Assembly (NCBI GenBank): GCA_050261575.1
Contig: JBLNDL010000093.1
Coordinates: 1-64,000, forward strand
Length of the DNA stretch: 64,000 bases
From: Sphingomonadaceae bacterium
GTDB lineage: Bacteria; Chloroflexota; UBA6077
Reading direction: 5' to 3'
Part shown: piece after piece, positions 52,129 to 62,048 of the stretch
Layout of the letters: the number at the start of each line of letters is the position of its first letter
Numbering within the stretch: the stretch's first letter is position 1
Notes under the pieces: model-generated
Seen by the model: only the letters and a program-made list of their open reading frames with translations
Databases searched by the model: none
Told to the model about the DNA's origin: nothing
Position numbers and translations under genes: made by a program

Positions 52129-53103
52129 TCACTGATGGCGGAGCCGCCACAGGATGCCCACCGGGTAGCCGGCCATCTTGGCCAGATCCCCAACCAATCG
52201 GATGACGGGAACCCAGGCGATGGCTTGAGCTTTCTGTAGGGGAGTGAGTCCATCCAGCCGGGGAAGCAGCCGCCGGAAGGGGGTTTTCAAGTGGAGTCCG
52301 GCACCCACCAGGAGGGGGACGAGGAAGATCCGCCTCTTCCTGCTGGCCCACAGGAGGGCTAGCCCAGCCTCGTAGGCGGCGTAGCGGATGGCGTGCCTTT
52401 CGGGCCAGAGATCCGCCTTGCCGTCTCCCCTGGCGTACCGGTAATACTGGGTCCAGAACGCCCACAGGCTCTTGCGGGGCCGGAATTGGGCCACCGCTCC
52501 CGGCGCCCAGGCGAAGACGCAGCCAGCGCGACGGAGCGCCTTGTCGAATACCACGTCCTCGCAGTAGTCCAGCCACTCCGGATAGCCGCCCGCTTTGGCC
52601 CACGCCTCCTTGGTGAAGGCCACCGATCGGCTGGAGGGCAGGAAGCGGGCTGGGTTGATCTCCTCCCTCGTGGGCAGGACGGTGGCGCCCATTGCCAGCT
52701 CGAACACCGTTCGCGCGTCGGGCTCGAAGAAGCCGCTCACCACGTCGACCCTGCCCGGGCGTTTCTCGAAGGGGGCCACCAGTTGCTCGAGCCAGTCCGG
52801 CCGAAGCCTCACCCCCGCGTCGGTGACGGCGATGACGTCGCCCGTGGCTCGACCAACGGCGGCGTTGCGGCCTTCGGAGATGTTGGTTCCCGGGAGTTCC
52901 AGCAGCAGCAGGTTCAGTCTGTCACCAGCCGCTGCCCGGATGCGCTCGACGGTCTCGTCCGTCGATCCCCCATCGGTGATGATGACCTCGTCGGGGCGCC
53001 GGGTCTGAGACGCCAGCGAATCCACCAACTCCGCCGCCGTGGTCTCCTCGTTCAGGACGGTGGCGATGACCGTGACTCTCAGGGGCGCGGACTTATCCGC
53101 CAT
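52129..53103 (-). CDS. GT2 glycosyltransferase
   Basis: TVLNE, ITDGGSTD, VTDAG, GGYPE..DYCED. Confidence 0.9.
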   Translation of the reverse strand: MADKSAPLRVTVIATVLNEETTAAELVDSLASQTRRPDEVIITDGGSTDETVERIRAAAGDRLNLLLLELPGTNISEGRNAAVGRATGDVIAVTDAGVRLRPDWLEQLVAPFEKRPGRVDVVSGFFEPDARTVFELAMGATVLPTREEINPARFLPSSRSVAFTKEAWAKAGGYPEWLDYCEDVVFDKALRRAGCVFAWAPGAVAQFRPRKSLWAFWTQYYRYARGDGKADLWPERHAIRYAAYEAGLALLWASRKRRIFLVPLLVGAGLHLKTPFRRLLPRLDGLTPLQKAQAIAWVPVIRLVGDLAKMAGYPVGILWRLRHQ

Positions 53104-53263
53104 GGATACCTCGCCGGACGTGGTAGGGCCCGAGGGGCCGCTGTGGCGGAGTGATAATAGGCGCTGCTCTCTGTTGCGTCAAGCTGCGGTCTATGGTAGC
53201 GTTCCAGCAACAACCAGGGGCAAGAGGTTTGGTTCGTGCTCTACCCCGATTCAGGAGGTGCCG

Positions 53264-53638
53264 ATGCGCTGTGCCCGCTGCGGGTCTCGCCTTGACTTGG
53301 CGGACAACTACTGTCGTCGATGCGGTATCGCCCTCAACCGGGTCGACCTCCCCACGGTCGTCTCACGTACCTTCTTGCCGGTCCCGTGGCAGGTTGCGCG
53401 GGGGACCATCGTGCGGGGGATGATGGCGTTGGTGGTGGGCACCGTGGTGGAGATGGCGCGTCGGGAGGTGGCTCGGCGGATCACGACCCAGGATCCATCT
53501 CGCGTCCTCGGGTTGCTGGCCTCGGGGAAGCCGGTGGAGTCGAGACGCGGTCTCTTCCCTTGGTCCAGGGCTCCCAAGGGCGAGTACGAGGTTACCGAGA
53601 CGGTGATCCAGCGGAGCACGCGCTTCTTCAGGAAGTGA
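53264..53638 (+). CDS. Zinc-ribbon domain hypothetical protein
   Basis: AGGAGGT RBS; MRCARCG...NYCRRCG. Confidence 0.75.
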   Translation: MRCARCGSRLDLADNYCRRCGIALNRVDLPTVVSRTFLPVPWQVARGTIVRGMMALVVGTVVEMARREVARRITTQDPSRVLGLLASGKPVESRRGLFPWSRAPKGEYEVTETVIQRSTRFFRK

Positions 53639-53684
53639 GGCGGGCAGGCGCGGCAGGGGGCTCCCCGTTGTCGCGAAGCTGCGG

Positions 53685-54281
53685 CTACCGGGCTAGGATC
53701 TGCTCGATTACCCTGCGCGCGCACCTTCCGGCTTTGCCCCGGTGGCTGATCCGGTTCTTCTCCTCGGTGGTCATCTCGGCCACGGTGCGCCCCATGGACG
53801 GCACGAAGAAGATGGGATCGAAGCCGAACCCCCCCTCGCCCCGCGGCTCCAGGGCCACCTTTCCCTTCAGGATGCCCCGGCAGCGGCGCAGCCGCCCCTC
53901 TTCGTCCACGATGGCGATCTCGCAGACGTAGCGGCAATCGCGCCTCTCCCACGAGACCCCCTCCATCTGGCGAAGGAGCAGCCGGTTCTTGGCCTCGCCG
54001 TTGGGCAGGCCGCCGTAACGAGCGGAGTAGACGCCGGGTGCGCCGCCCAGGGCCTCTACTTCCAGGCCGGAGTCGTCGGAGAGGGAGAGCAGCCCCGTGG
54101 CCTCGTGGAAGGCTCGCGCCTTCAGTGCGGCGTTCTCGGCGAAGGTGGCACCGGTTTCGGTTACCTCCAGCTTCAGACCGAGCTGTGCGGGGGTCACGAT
54201 CTCCAGGGGAAGACCGGCAAGGATTTGGGCGAACTCCCGCACCTTGTCGGGGTTGTTGGTGGATAGCAGCAGCCTTCGCAT
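53685..54281 (-). CDS. rdgB: XTP/dITP diphosphatase (HAM1 family)
   Basis: TNNPDK, DDSGL, PGVYSAR, GFGFDP, KNRISHR. Confidence 0.95.
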   Translation of the reverse strand: MRRLLLSTNNPDKVREFAQILAGLPLEIVTPAQLGLKLEVTETGATFAENAALKARAFHEATGLLSLSDDSGLEVEALGGAPGVYSARYGGLPNGEAKNRLLLRQMEGVSWERRDCRYVCEIAIVDEEGRLRRCRGILKGKVALEPRGEGGFGFDPIFFVPSMGRTVAEMTTEEKNRISHRGKAGRCARRVIEQILAR

Positions 54282-54319
54282 GGGAAAGAAGCGGGGCGGC
54301 CCACCGGCCGCCCGCGCGA

Positions 54320-55549
54320 CTAGATCACTCCCTCGGCCTTCAGTGCGGCCAGATCCTCTTTCGAGAGTCCGAGAAGACCGCAGTAGACCTCCTCGTTGTG
54401 GGCTCCCATCTCCGGGCCCGTGGATTCGACCCGACCTGGGGTCAGGGAGAGCCGCGGCACCACAGAGGACATCATGATCTCCCCGTCGACCGGATCCTCC
54501 ACCGAGATGATGTTGCCTCGCGCCTGGTACTGGGGATCCTCGAACATGTCCTCGACGCTGAAGACCAGGCCGTTGGGCACTTCGTTCTCTTCGAGGATCG
54601 CCATCAACTCCTTGGCGGGGAAGCTGCCCACCCACTCCTGCACCAGGGCGTCGGTCTCCTTCCTGTGCTCGACCCGCTTGGCGTTGGAGCTGAAGCGGGG
54701 ATCGTCGGCCAGCTCCGGTCGCCCCATGGCGGTCACCAACCGGCGGAACATGGTGTCGTTGGTGCACGCGATCGCCACGTGCCGGCCGTCTTTGGTGGTG
54801 TAGTGGTTGTGGGGGACAGCGTTCACCGAACCGGTCCCCAGCCTCTGCCGAACGAGGCCCATCTTGTGGTAAGCGGCGGGCACCTCTTCCAGGATGCGGA
54901 GCACCGGCTCGTAGAGGGCGATGTCCACGTACTGCCCCTCACCGGTCCTGTCTCGGTGGCGCAGGGCCATCATGGCTCCAAGGGCGCCGTAGACGCCTGT
55001 CAGGTAGTCGGGAATGGAGGCGGTGCCGGGGATCACCGGTGGCCGGTCGGGGTAGCCGGCGAGATTGCTGAGCCCTCCGTAGGCGGCGGCGATCCGGCCG
55101 AACCCGGGCTTGTCCTTGTACGGGCCGAACTGGCCGTAGCCGGTGACGCGCACCATGACCAGCCCGGGGTTCAGTTCCTTCAACTGCTCGTACCCCAGAT
55201 TCCACCGCTCCAGGGTGCCGGGCCGGAAGTTCTCCACCACCACGTCGGATTGCTTCACCAGTTGCTTGATGATCTCCTGGCCCTTCGGCTTCCTCATGTC
55301 CAGGGTGATGCAACGCTTGTTGCGGGCCTCTACCCGCCAGATCAGCGCGGTCCCGTTGTACTGCGGCCAGAACTTGCGAAGGGAGTCGCCGACTCCGGGC
55401 AACTCCACCTTGATCACGTCCGCGCCGAATTCACCCAAGAGGGTGGCGCAATGTGGGCCCGCGATGACGGTTGACAGATCGATGACGCGTACCCCGTCCA
55501 GGGGCCTCGGGCCCTGGCCCGAGGAGGACTTCTTTGTCTCGTCGGCCAT
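54320..55549 (-). CDS. CaiB/BaiF family III CoA-transferase
   Basis: PLDGVRVIDL, GADVIKVE, RNKR, ENFRPG. Confidence 0.93.
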   Translation of the reverse strand: MADETKKSSSGQGPRPLDGVRVIDLSTVIAGPHCATLLGEFGADVIKVELPGVGDSLRKFWPQYNGTALIWRVEARNKRCITLDMRKPKGQEIIKQLVKQSDVVVENFRPGTLERWNLGYEQLKELNPGLVMVRVTGYGQFGPYKDKPGFGRIAAAYGGLSNLAGYPDRPPVIPGTASIPDYLTGVYGALGAMMALRHRDRTGEGQYVDIALYEPVLRILEEVPAAYHKMGLVRQRLGTGSVNAVPHNHYTTKDGRHVAIACTNDTMFRRLVTAMGRPELADDPRFSSNAKRVEHRKETDALVQEWVGSFPAKELMAILEENEVPNGLVFSVEDMFEDPQYQARGNIISVEDPVDGEIMMSSVVPRLSLTPGRVESTGPEMGAHNEEVYCGLLGLSKEDLAALKAEGVI

Positions 55550-55796
55550 CTTGGTCTAACTCCTTTCGCGGCCGGGTTGAGGATCAGCCGCGGGCCGATT
55601 ATACACGACGGCGCGGGGCGTCGACGGCGTCGGCTCGCTTTTCTTAATTACTTTACCCGGCTTCGCGTGGAACCTCTCGGGGATCCCGCCTACCTGGCGT
55701 CGAGGATCTCAGGGGACGTGGTGGGCTAGACCGTGACCTATTCGGACTGCCCTTTGCCTGCGGGGTCGGTGGTCTCGGTGGTCTGAGTCACGCTGG

Positions 55797-56741
55797 CTAG
55801 TCCCAGGCGACCAGGGCCAGTATCGCCAGCAGGGTGAAGAGGCTGGAGTGCCCGATCTCGGCAAGACCGATCTGCTTCAAGGTGGGGTGATAGTCCGTCT
55901 TTCGCCACGCCCAGGCCACCTTCAGCAGCAGGGGAACGAAGGCCAGACTCGACAGCGGCGGAAGCCAGCCGAGCGGGATGAGCAGCACCAGTGAGAGGGC
56001 GAGGATGCCCAGGTAGACCAGCAACTGCCGGCGGGCACGGTGGCGTCCCTCCTCGAGCGAGGCCGCCTTCAGGCGGACGGGCGGCTGGTAGACGAGGCGG
56101 ACGTAGAACACGCTCGCACCCGAGTAGAGGAAGGCGATCAGCCATACGGCGAGCGTGTGCCAATCCAGCGACCCGGTGCCGGCGTAGTAGGCGGCAGGGC
56201 CGGTTGCCGACAGGGCCGCGATGGAGAGCAGCCTCGCGGGCCAGGTGCGATCCAGCCCCCTGCGCCGCAGGGGCAGTTGGGCCGCCAGGGGGACCCCCGC
56301 GGCGATCGCCATCGCCGGCAGCGCCCACAGCCGGTAGAGCAGGGCGAGGAGAAGCCCCGCAGACCCCCCGATGCCCAGGTAGAGGACCAAGCGAAGAGCG
56401 GCCTGGCGTCTTCGTTCCCTCGCCGAGTCCTCCTCGGACGAAGCCGCAATCGGCCCTTCCCGCTGGCTACGAGCCAGCAGCCTGGGGTGCGAGTTCCGTA
56501 GCAGCACCTCTAGCGGCCTGCTGGCCACGAAGAGGCAGAGGATGGAGACGAGGAGCAGGAAGGAGGCCCATCCGCCCCACCCCGCCGCGCTGCCCATAAG
56601 GTAGGGCATCAGCAGCATGGCCCAGGCGCCGTGCTCCTTGGGGAGCATCAGGCTGGCGAGGACCCTCCTGAATCCCGAGGGCCGAGACCCTCGGCCCCCT
56701 TCAGGGTGCTCGGTCTCCACTGAGAGTGTAGCTCTGGCCAC
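55797..56741 (-). CDS. YwiC-like membrane protein
   Basis: PKEHGAWAM motif, multiple TMs, C-terminal KQIGLAE. Confidence 0.85.
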   Translation of the reverse strand: MARATLSVETEHPEGGRGSRPSGFRRVLASLMLPKEHGAWAMLLMPYLMGSAAGWGGWASFLLLVSILCLFVASRPLEVLLRNSHPRLLARSQREGPIAASSEEDSARERRRQAALRLVLYLGIGGSAGLLLALLYRLWALPAMAIAAGVPLAAQLPLRRRGLDRTWPARLLSIAALSATGPAAYYAGTGSLDWHTLAVWLIAFLYSGASVFYVRLVYQPPVRLKAASLEEGRHRARRQLLVYLGILALSLVLLIPLGWLPPLSSLAFVPLLLKVAWAWRKTDYHPTLKQIGLAEIGHSSLFTLLAILALVAWD

Positions 56742-56959
56742 GATGCATCCTCGCTGCTACTGTGGACGCCAACCTGGTTTCCATCCGAAGGAGCCGGATG
56801 CAGCGCTGCGCCCGCTCGCGCTGCGTCACGCTCTGCCGGCCGGAGGGCGCCGCCGTAGGGGCCTCCGGAGCCCTTCGGGCCCTCTTGATGCCACGCTCGC
56901 TAGCGTCGGGCCCTGCCGGCTCGCCCGAGGGGCGGACACGCAGGTCCGCCGAGGGCCGA

Positions 56960-57196
56960 TCACTGCAGCTTGAGCCTTCGATAGAGGTCGGGCCCCACGC
57001 AGCCCTCCGCGTACCTGCACCAGTCGATGCAGGAGGGGCCGCGCTTCTTGTAGGTGACGGCGCCGCATCGTTTGCATCGTACCTGGAACTCGTCGGTCCA
57101 GATCTCCAACTCCTCACCGCAGCCCGAGCAGTCGATCGGCTCTGGGATCGGGTTCTTCAGCGCGCCGCTGCCGGGGCAGGAACCCAATAGCGCCAT
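56960..57196 (-). CDS. Small Cys-rich protein (8 Cys)
   Basis: AAGGAG RBS; CPG...CSGCG..EIWTDE...CKRCG...SCIDWCRYAEGC. Confidence 0.8.
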   Translation of the reverse strand: MALLGSCPGSGALKNPIPEPIDCSGCGEELEIWTDEFQVRCKRCGAVTYKKRGPSCIDWCRYAEGCVGPDLYRRLKLQ

Positions 57197-57234
57197 GGAG
57201 GAACTCCTTTCGCGATTGCCAAGGGTACGCCAGC

Positions 57235-57531
57235 CTACTCCCAAACGATCTCGAAGGGGCACGTGATGGCGCCGGTTGGGCAGGCCGCTTCACACTCGCC
57301 GCAGTAGTCGCAGTCGGTGTGGAGCAGCCGGACCTTGCCCTGAACCACTCGGAGGGCCAGGGCGGGGCAGACGTCCACGCACAGCCCGCAACCGTCGCAC
57401 TCATCTGAATCTATCACTGGTAGAACTTTATCGCGAGGGTGCAATTTCGTGGTCCTCCGATGGGTGGGCTCCGCGGTCTCCGGCGAGATGGTAACTCGCC
57501 ATCGCTGTTCGGTCTGCGACGTTTGTCTCAT
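57235..57531 (-). CDS. 2[4Fe-4S] ferredoxin
   Basis: CDGCGLCVDVCP and CDYCGECEAACP; start uncertain. Confidence 0.88.
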   Translation of the reverse strand: MRQTSQTEQRWRVTISPETAEPTHRRTTKLHPRDKVLPVIDSDECDGCGLCVDVCPALALRVVQGKVRLLHTDCDYCGECEAACPTGAITCPFEIVWE

Positions 57532-57566
57532 GAGACCTGCCCTCCAGCAGGAGCCTCGCCCCCCGG

Positions 57567-57639
57567 CTAAGCAGGCATCTCCGGTTCATGTCGACTCTTC
57601 TGCGGGAGACGTGTATTCAATAAAGAGATACCTGCTAGG
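57567..57639 (-). mobile_element. ~73-bp MITE-like element, copy 5
   Basis: Reverse complement CCTAGCAGGTATCTC...GAATACACGTCTCCCG...GAGTCGACATGAAC..GAGATGCCTGCTTAG. Confidence 0.78.
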
Positions 57640-58897
57640 CCGCCGAGCGCTTCCCGGAGAAGGTCTCGTTTCCCTGGGACTGCCCGGTCCTTTGATTCGT
57701 CGACGTATTAGGTTCCTGCCCTGTGGTCGAGCCCAACTGCTGGCGGAGCAGCACCAGGTAGTTCAACGCCAGGCAGAGGATGGCGAAGGCGGCCAGCAGC
57801 ACGAGCCCGAGCGCATAGGACCCCGTCAGGTCCCGCACCAGCCCCATCACCATGGGCGGGAAGAAGCCGCCGATACCCCCTGCCGCCCCTACTACCCCGG
57901 TCACGATGCCGGTGTTTCTCGGGAAGTACTGAGCCACCAGCTTGAAGACGGCCCCGTTGCCGAGGCCCAGCAGAGCGGCCATGGTGAGGAAGGCGACGGT
58001 TGCCGCGATCAGATCTGGTTGCAGGGCCACGAAGGCCAGCGTCAGCGCCGGCAGGGGCGCGGCGGCGAACACCCAGCCCAAGAGCTTCGCCCCGCCTATC
58101 CGGTCGGCCAGGTAGCCTCCGAGCGGGCGAGCAGCGGTGGCGAGGATGACGAAGCCCGCGGTGCGCAACCCCGCGTCGGTCTTGTCGAAGTGGAACCAGT
58201 CGACCAGCAGCTTCGGCAGGAATACCGAAAAGGCCACGAAGCCGCCGAAGGTGACGAAGTAGAAGAGGCTGAAGGTCCAGGCCAGCGGCTCGCCGCGCAC
58301 GACCTCCACGCTCTGGGATAGCGAGATCCCCTTCGGGGCGCCCGGAGCGTCCTCGGCGAGGAGCCAGAAGCCCACGGCAGCCACGGCGAGGATGGGGGCG
58401 AAGACCCAGAAGGCCCAGGACCAGCCGAAGCTGCCCGCTATCCAGGGCACCGAGTAGGCCGCCAGGGCCGTGCCGATGTTGCCTGCGCCGTAGATGCCCA
58501 GCGCCGTTCCCTGGCTGCGAGCGGTGTACCAGCGGGAGACGAAGGGCACGCCCACGGCGAAGGAGCTGCCGGCCATGCCCAGCCAGAAGCCCCAGAAGAG
58601 AACCGAGATGTAGCTGTTGGCCATTCCCATGAAGACCACGGGGACGATGCTGAACAGCAGCAGGGCGGTGAACACCTTGCGACCGCCGAATCTGTCCGTC
58701 AGGATCCCCATCGGTATGCGTGCGACGGAGCCCAGCAGCACAGGCACCGCAATCATTACCCCTGTCTGGGTGTCGGTGAGGCCGAGGCTCTTCTGGAACT
58801 CCGGTGCCAGAGGCGAAAGGAGGCTCCACACGGCGAAGCTCAGGCCGAAGGCCAGGGTAGCCAGTGCCAGGTTGACTCGAGATTTGGTTCCTTCCAT
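57635..58897 (-). CDS. narK: Nitrate/nitrite MFS transporter
   Basis: LGMAGSSF, GIYGAGNIG, RPLGGYLADR, GLGNGAVFKLV, GAAGGIGGF; follows narI. Confidence 0.92.
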   Translation of the reverse strand: MEGTKSRVNLALATLAFGLSFAVWSLLSPLAPEFQKSLGLTDTQTGVMIAVPVLLGSVARIPMGILTDRFGGRKVFTALLLFSIVPVVFMGMANSYISVLFWGFWLGMAGSSFAVGVPFVSRWYTARSQGTALGIYGAGNIGTALAAYSVPWIAGSFGWSWAFWVFAPILAVAAVGFWLLAEDAPGAPKGISLSQSVEVVRGEPLAWTFSLFYFVTFGGFVAFSVFLPKLLVDWFHFDKTDAGLRTAGFVILATAARPLGGYLADRIGGAKLLGWVFAAAPLPALTLAFVALQPDLIAATVAFLTMAALLGLGNGAVFKLVAQYFPRNTGIVTGVVGAAGGIGGFFPPMVMGLVRDLTGSYALGLVLLAAFAILCLALNYLVLLRQQLGSTTGQEPNTSTNQRTGQSQGNETFSGKRSAA

Positions 58898-58995
58898 CGG
58901 TTCCCTCCGGCTGCCATCAGCCATCAGCGGTTGGCACACTACTGTCACCCATCGGACGCTTCACTGGGAGGTTAACGCGGTTGGAGGCGGTAGGT

Positions 58996-59013
58996 CTGCG
59001 ACTTTTGTCGCAG
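58996..59013. promoter_or_regulatory. Crp/Fnr-family-like palindrome upstream of narK
   Basis: C-TGCGA-CTTTTG-TCGCA-G (TGYGA-N6-TCRCA), with TAACCT (minus strand 58969-58974) at class II spacing. Confidence 0.6.
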
Positions 59014-59063
59014 CAGGGGCAAAGCATCCTTGCCGCCACCCAGAATGCTTTGCCCGCTCCCGA

Positions 59064-59753
59064 TCAGCTACCGAGCTCCGGGTGCCTCGGGCGCCGGTTC
59101 CAGACCACGGTCTGGTAGGGTCGCCACAGGTAGGTGACGGGCACCGTGACGACGTGGATCAGCCGAGAGAAGGGGAAGATGGCCACCAGCAGGAAGGCGT
59201 TTACCACGTGGATCTGCGCCGGCAGAGGGAGAGTGGCGGCAAGCTGCACGTTGGGTCGTAGGGTGAGCAAGGAGTTCAGGTAGGGCACCGCGTTGGAGAC
59301 GTACCAGGTGGAGCCCCATCGGGCGAAGAGGGCTGTGTACAGGCCGGCGAGCACCTGGATCAGCAGCAGCAGGAGAAGGAGGGCGTCCATCCGGGTCGTG
59401 ACCGCCCGCGCTCGGGGTGAGGCGGCCCTGCGCACGATCAGGAGGATGACGCCGGCCAGGGCGAGTAGCCCCAGCCCGAAGGCGGTGATCTCCAGGATGT
59501 AGAGCCGAACGGGTGCGCCGTTGAAGGCCGCTACGGCCCCCGGCGCCGCCCACCCGATCAGGTGGCCGAACAGCACGGCCAGGATGCCGTAATGCCAGGG
59601 GACGGAGCCCCAGAAGAGTTGGCGGCTCTCCAGCAGTTGGGAGGAGAGGCTGGTGAAGCTGAAGCGATCGAGGCGGTAGCGGTACACGCCTCCCACGATG
59701 GCCGTCACCAGGGCCACGTAGGGAAAGACGGCGTACAGCAGGATATCGAACAT
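59064..59753 (-). CDS. narI: Respiratory nitrate reductase gamma subunit
   Basis: FPYVAL, SSQLLE, WHYGI..GH, FPFSRLIH. Confidence 0.95.
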   Translation of the reverse strand: MFDILLYAVFPYVALVTAIVGGVYRYRLDRFSFTSLSSQLLESRQLFWGSVPWHYGILAVLFGHLIGWAAPGAVAAFNGAPVRLYILEITAFGLGLLALAGVILLIVRRAASPRARAVTTRMDALLLLLLLIQVLAGLYTALFARWGSTWYVSNAVPYLNSLLTLRPNVQLAATLPLPAQIHVVNAFLLVAIFPFSRLIHVVTVPVTYLWRPYQTVVWNRRPRHPELGS

Positions 59754-59853
59754 GGTCGTCCCTCCTCAGTCAGGCGGGGGGATCGGGGTCGAGACCGCCC
59801 CGACGGTATGGGGTGGTGCACAAGCCCGCGTGCTGCGAGAAGACAACACCGGG

Positions 59854-60495
59854 TCAGGAGCGGTCATCGTTGTCACCTGTGGCGTCGGTATCGACCGCTG
59901 GCGTTGGGGACAACGCCGGCTGCGCGAGACCGGCTCCAGCTTCCGTCGGTCGTAGCGCCGTTACCTCGCGGTGGGAACCCACCGGATCGCTGGCCAGGAC
60001 CAGCGCTGCGGCCCCGATCACCCCCTCGTATGCGTTCTTTCCCTCCAGCAGCGATGCCATCCTCCGCAGCGCCGGGAGCAGGAGGTCGTCCACCAGGTCG
60101 CGTTGCAGCGCTGCGTCGCCCTGCACTGCCAGGAATCGAAACAGCACCGCCACGTGGTCGGGCAGCTCTCCACCGGGCGAAAAGCCGGCCGAGCGGTAGA
60201 GATCCTGCAGCCTGACCATCAGGGCCGTGCGTTTGGCATCGTCCTCCCCCGCGAGCTGATAGCCCGCGTAGGGGCTGCACAGGGGGGCCAGGTCGAAGGT
60301 AGCCGTATACAGTTCCTCCACGTCGCCGAGCGGGGTGTTCTCGACGAAAGCGGAGAAGTCGGCTAGGAGTGAGGCAGCCTCGGGCAGGCAATCGGCGAGC
60401 AGGCGCCGACAGATGGCGGCCCTGGCCGGCAGGTCGGGAGTCGGGTACTCCAGCAACTCCCCCAGCAGGCCGTAGAGACGCCGTTTCGCCTCCAT
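59854..60495 (-). CDS. narJ: Nitrate reductase molybdenum cofactor assembly chaperone
   Basis: LLEYP, YTATFD, ELPDHV; between narH and narI. Confidence 0.9.
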   Translation of the reverse strand: MEAKRRLYGLLGELLEYPTPDLPARAAICRRLLADCLPEAASLLADFSAFVENTPLGDVEELYTATFDLAPLCSPYAGYQLAGEDDAKRTALMVRLQDLYRSAGFSPGGELPDHVAVLFRFLAVQGDAALQRDLVDDLLLPALRRMASLLEGKNAYEGVIGAAALVLASDPVGSHREVTALRPTEAGAGLAQPALSPTPAVDTDATGDNDDRS

Positions 60496-60496
60496 C

Positions 60497-61987
<1,491 letters not shown>

Positions 61988-62048
61988 GGCTACTCTCCTT
62001 GTGCCTTCACCCTAACCCACTCTCTGTGGGAGAGGGGATGGCGCCCCC

